Shown here one piece after another: positions 63,673 to 64,000 of a DNA stretch of 64,000 bases. The position numbers were made by a program, and so were the translations under genes. The stretch is taken from contig OZ037769.1 in NCBI GenBank assembly GCA_964035545.1, forward strand, positions 806,001 to 870,000, given 5' to 3'. Source of the DNA: Bugula neritina. Its lineage: Eukaryota; Animalia; Bryozoa. Positions within the stretch are counted from its first letter, which is position 1. Every line of letters starts with the position of its first letter. The notes beneath the pieces were generated by a model. That model was not told the origin of the DNA. It worked only from the letters and a program-made list of their open reading frames with translations, and ran no database searches.

Positions 63673-64000
63673 ATCATAGTGACTAGTCACACTGCCAGTG
63701 TGTAGAGTTAAATCAGACAATACATCATTTAAATGTGATTAGTAGTACATCCTGTTAGACTAGAGAACTGCACACATCTGTATGTCCAGAGCTAGTGATA
63801 GCCGTGGTGTAGTTAAGGCACACATCCCACTCACATTATATAACCTAGTAATGTAGTAACTAACCCTTAGCTAAGAGCTGCCATAGCAGCACACAGCCAC
63901 ACATTCTACAGAGATGACTGCCCGCCACCTCTCCTGGTACCAGCACAATACACTAGAATACTGAGAGAAATAATCCCCTTAATTACTGAATTTGGGATTA

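Noticed and set aside
59200-64000. Further gene or transposon upstream of Pax2/5/8
   Set aside because: No ORF with recognisable homology, terminal inverted repeats or LTRs; only short tandem repeats.

Overview
AT-rich, intron-containing eukaryotic (metazoan, probably compact-genome invertebrate) DNA; the species cannot be determined from the sequence. Six spliced protein-coding genes were reconstructed by hand from translations and splice signals: CACHD1-like (minus, runs off the left edge), ECM29/ECPAS (minus), cyclin E (minus), GFPT/GFAT (minus), omega-class GST (plus, head-to-head with GFPT) and Pax2/5/8 (minus). Most long introns are filled by their own private tandem repeat, and many of these arrays are amplified copies of the adjacent splice site. 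Top findings: (1) Pax2/5/8 has two intact, diverged 198-nt exons for the C-terminal half of the paired domain, separated by only 27 nt, which implies mutually exclusive splicing. (2) An upstream intronic 37-nt element is complementary to the first of those exons and could act as the RNA-structure switch. (3) A GFPT intron consists of about 126 copies of an 11-mer complementary to let-7 nt 1-11, a candidate let-7 sponge. No tRNA, rRNA, CRISPR array or recognisable transposon was seen. Repeat boundaries and copy numbers are approximate hand counts.
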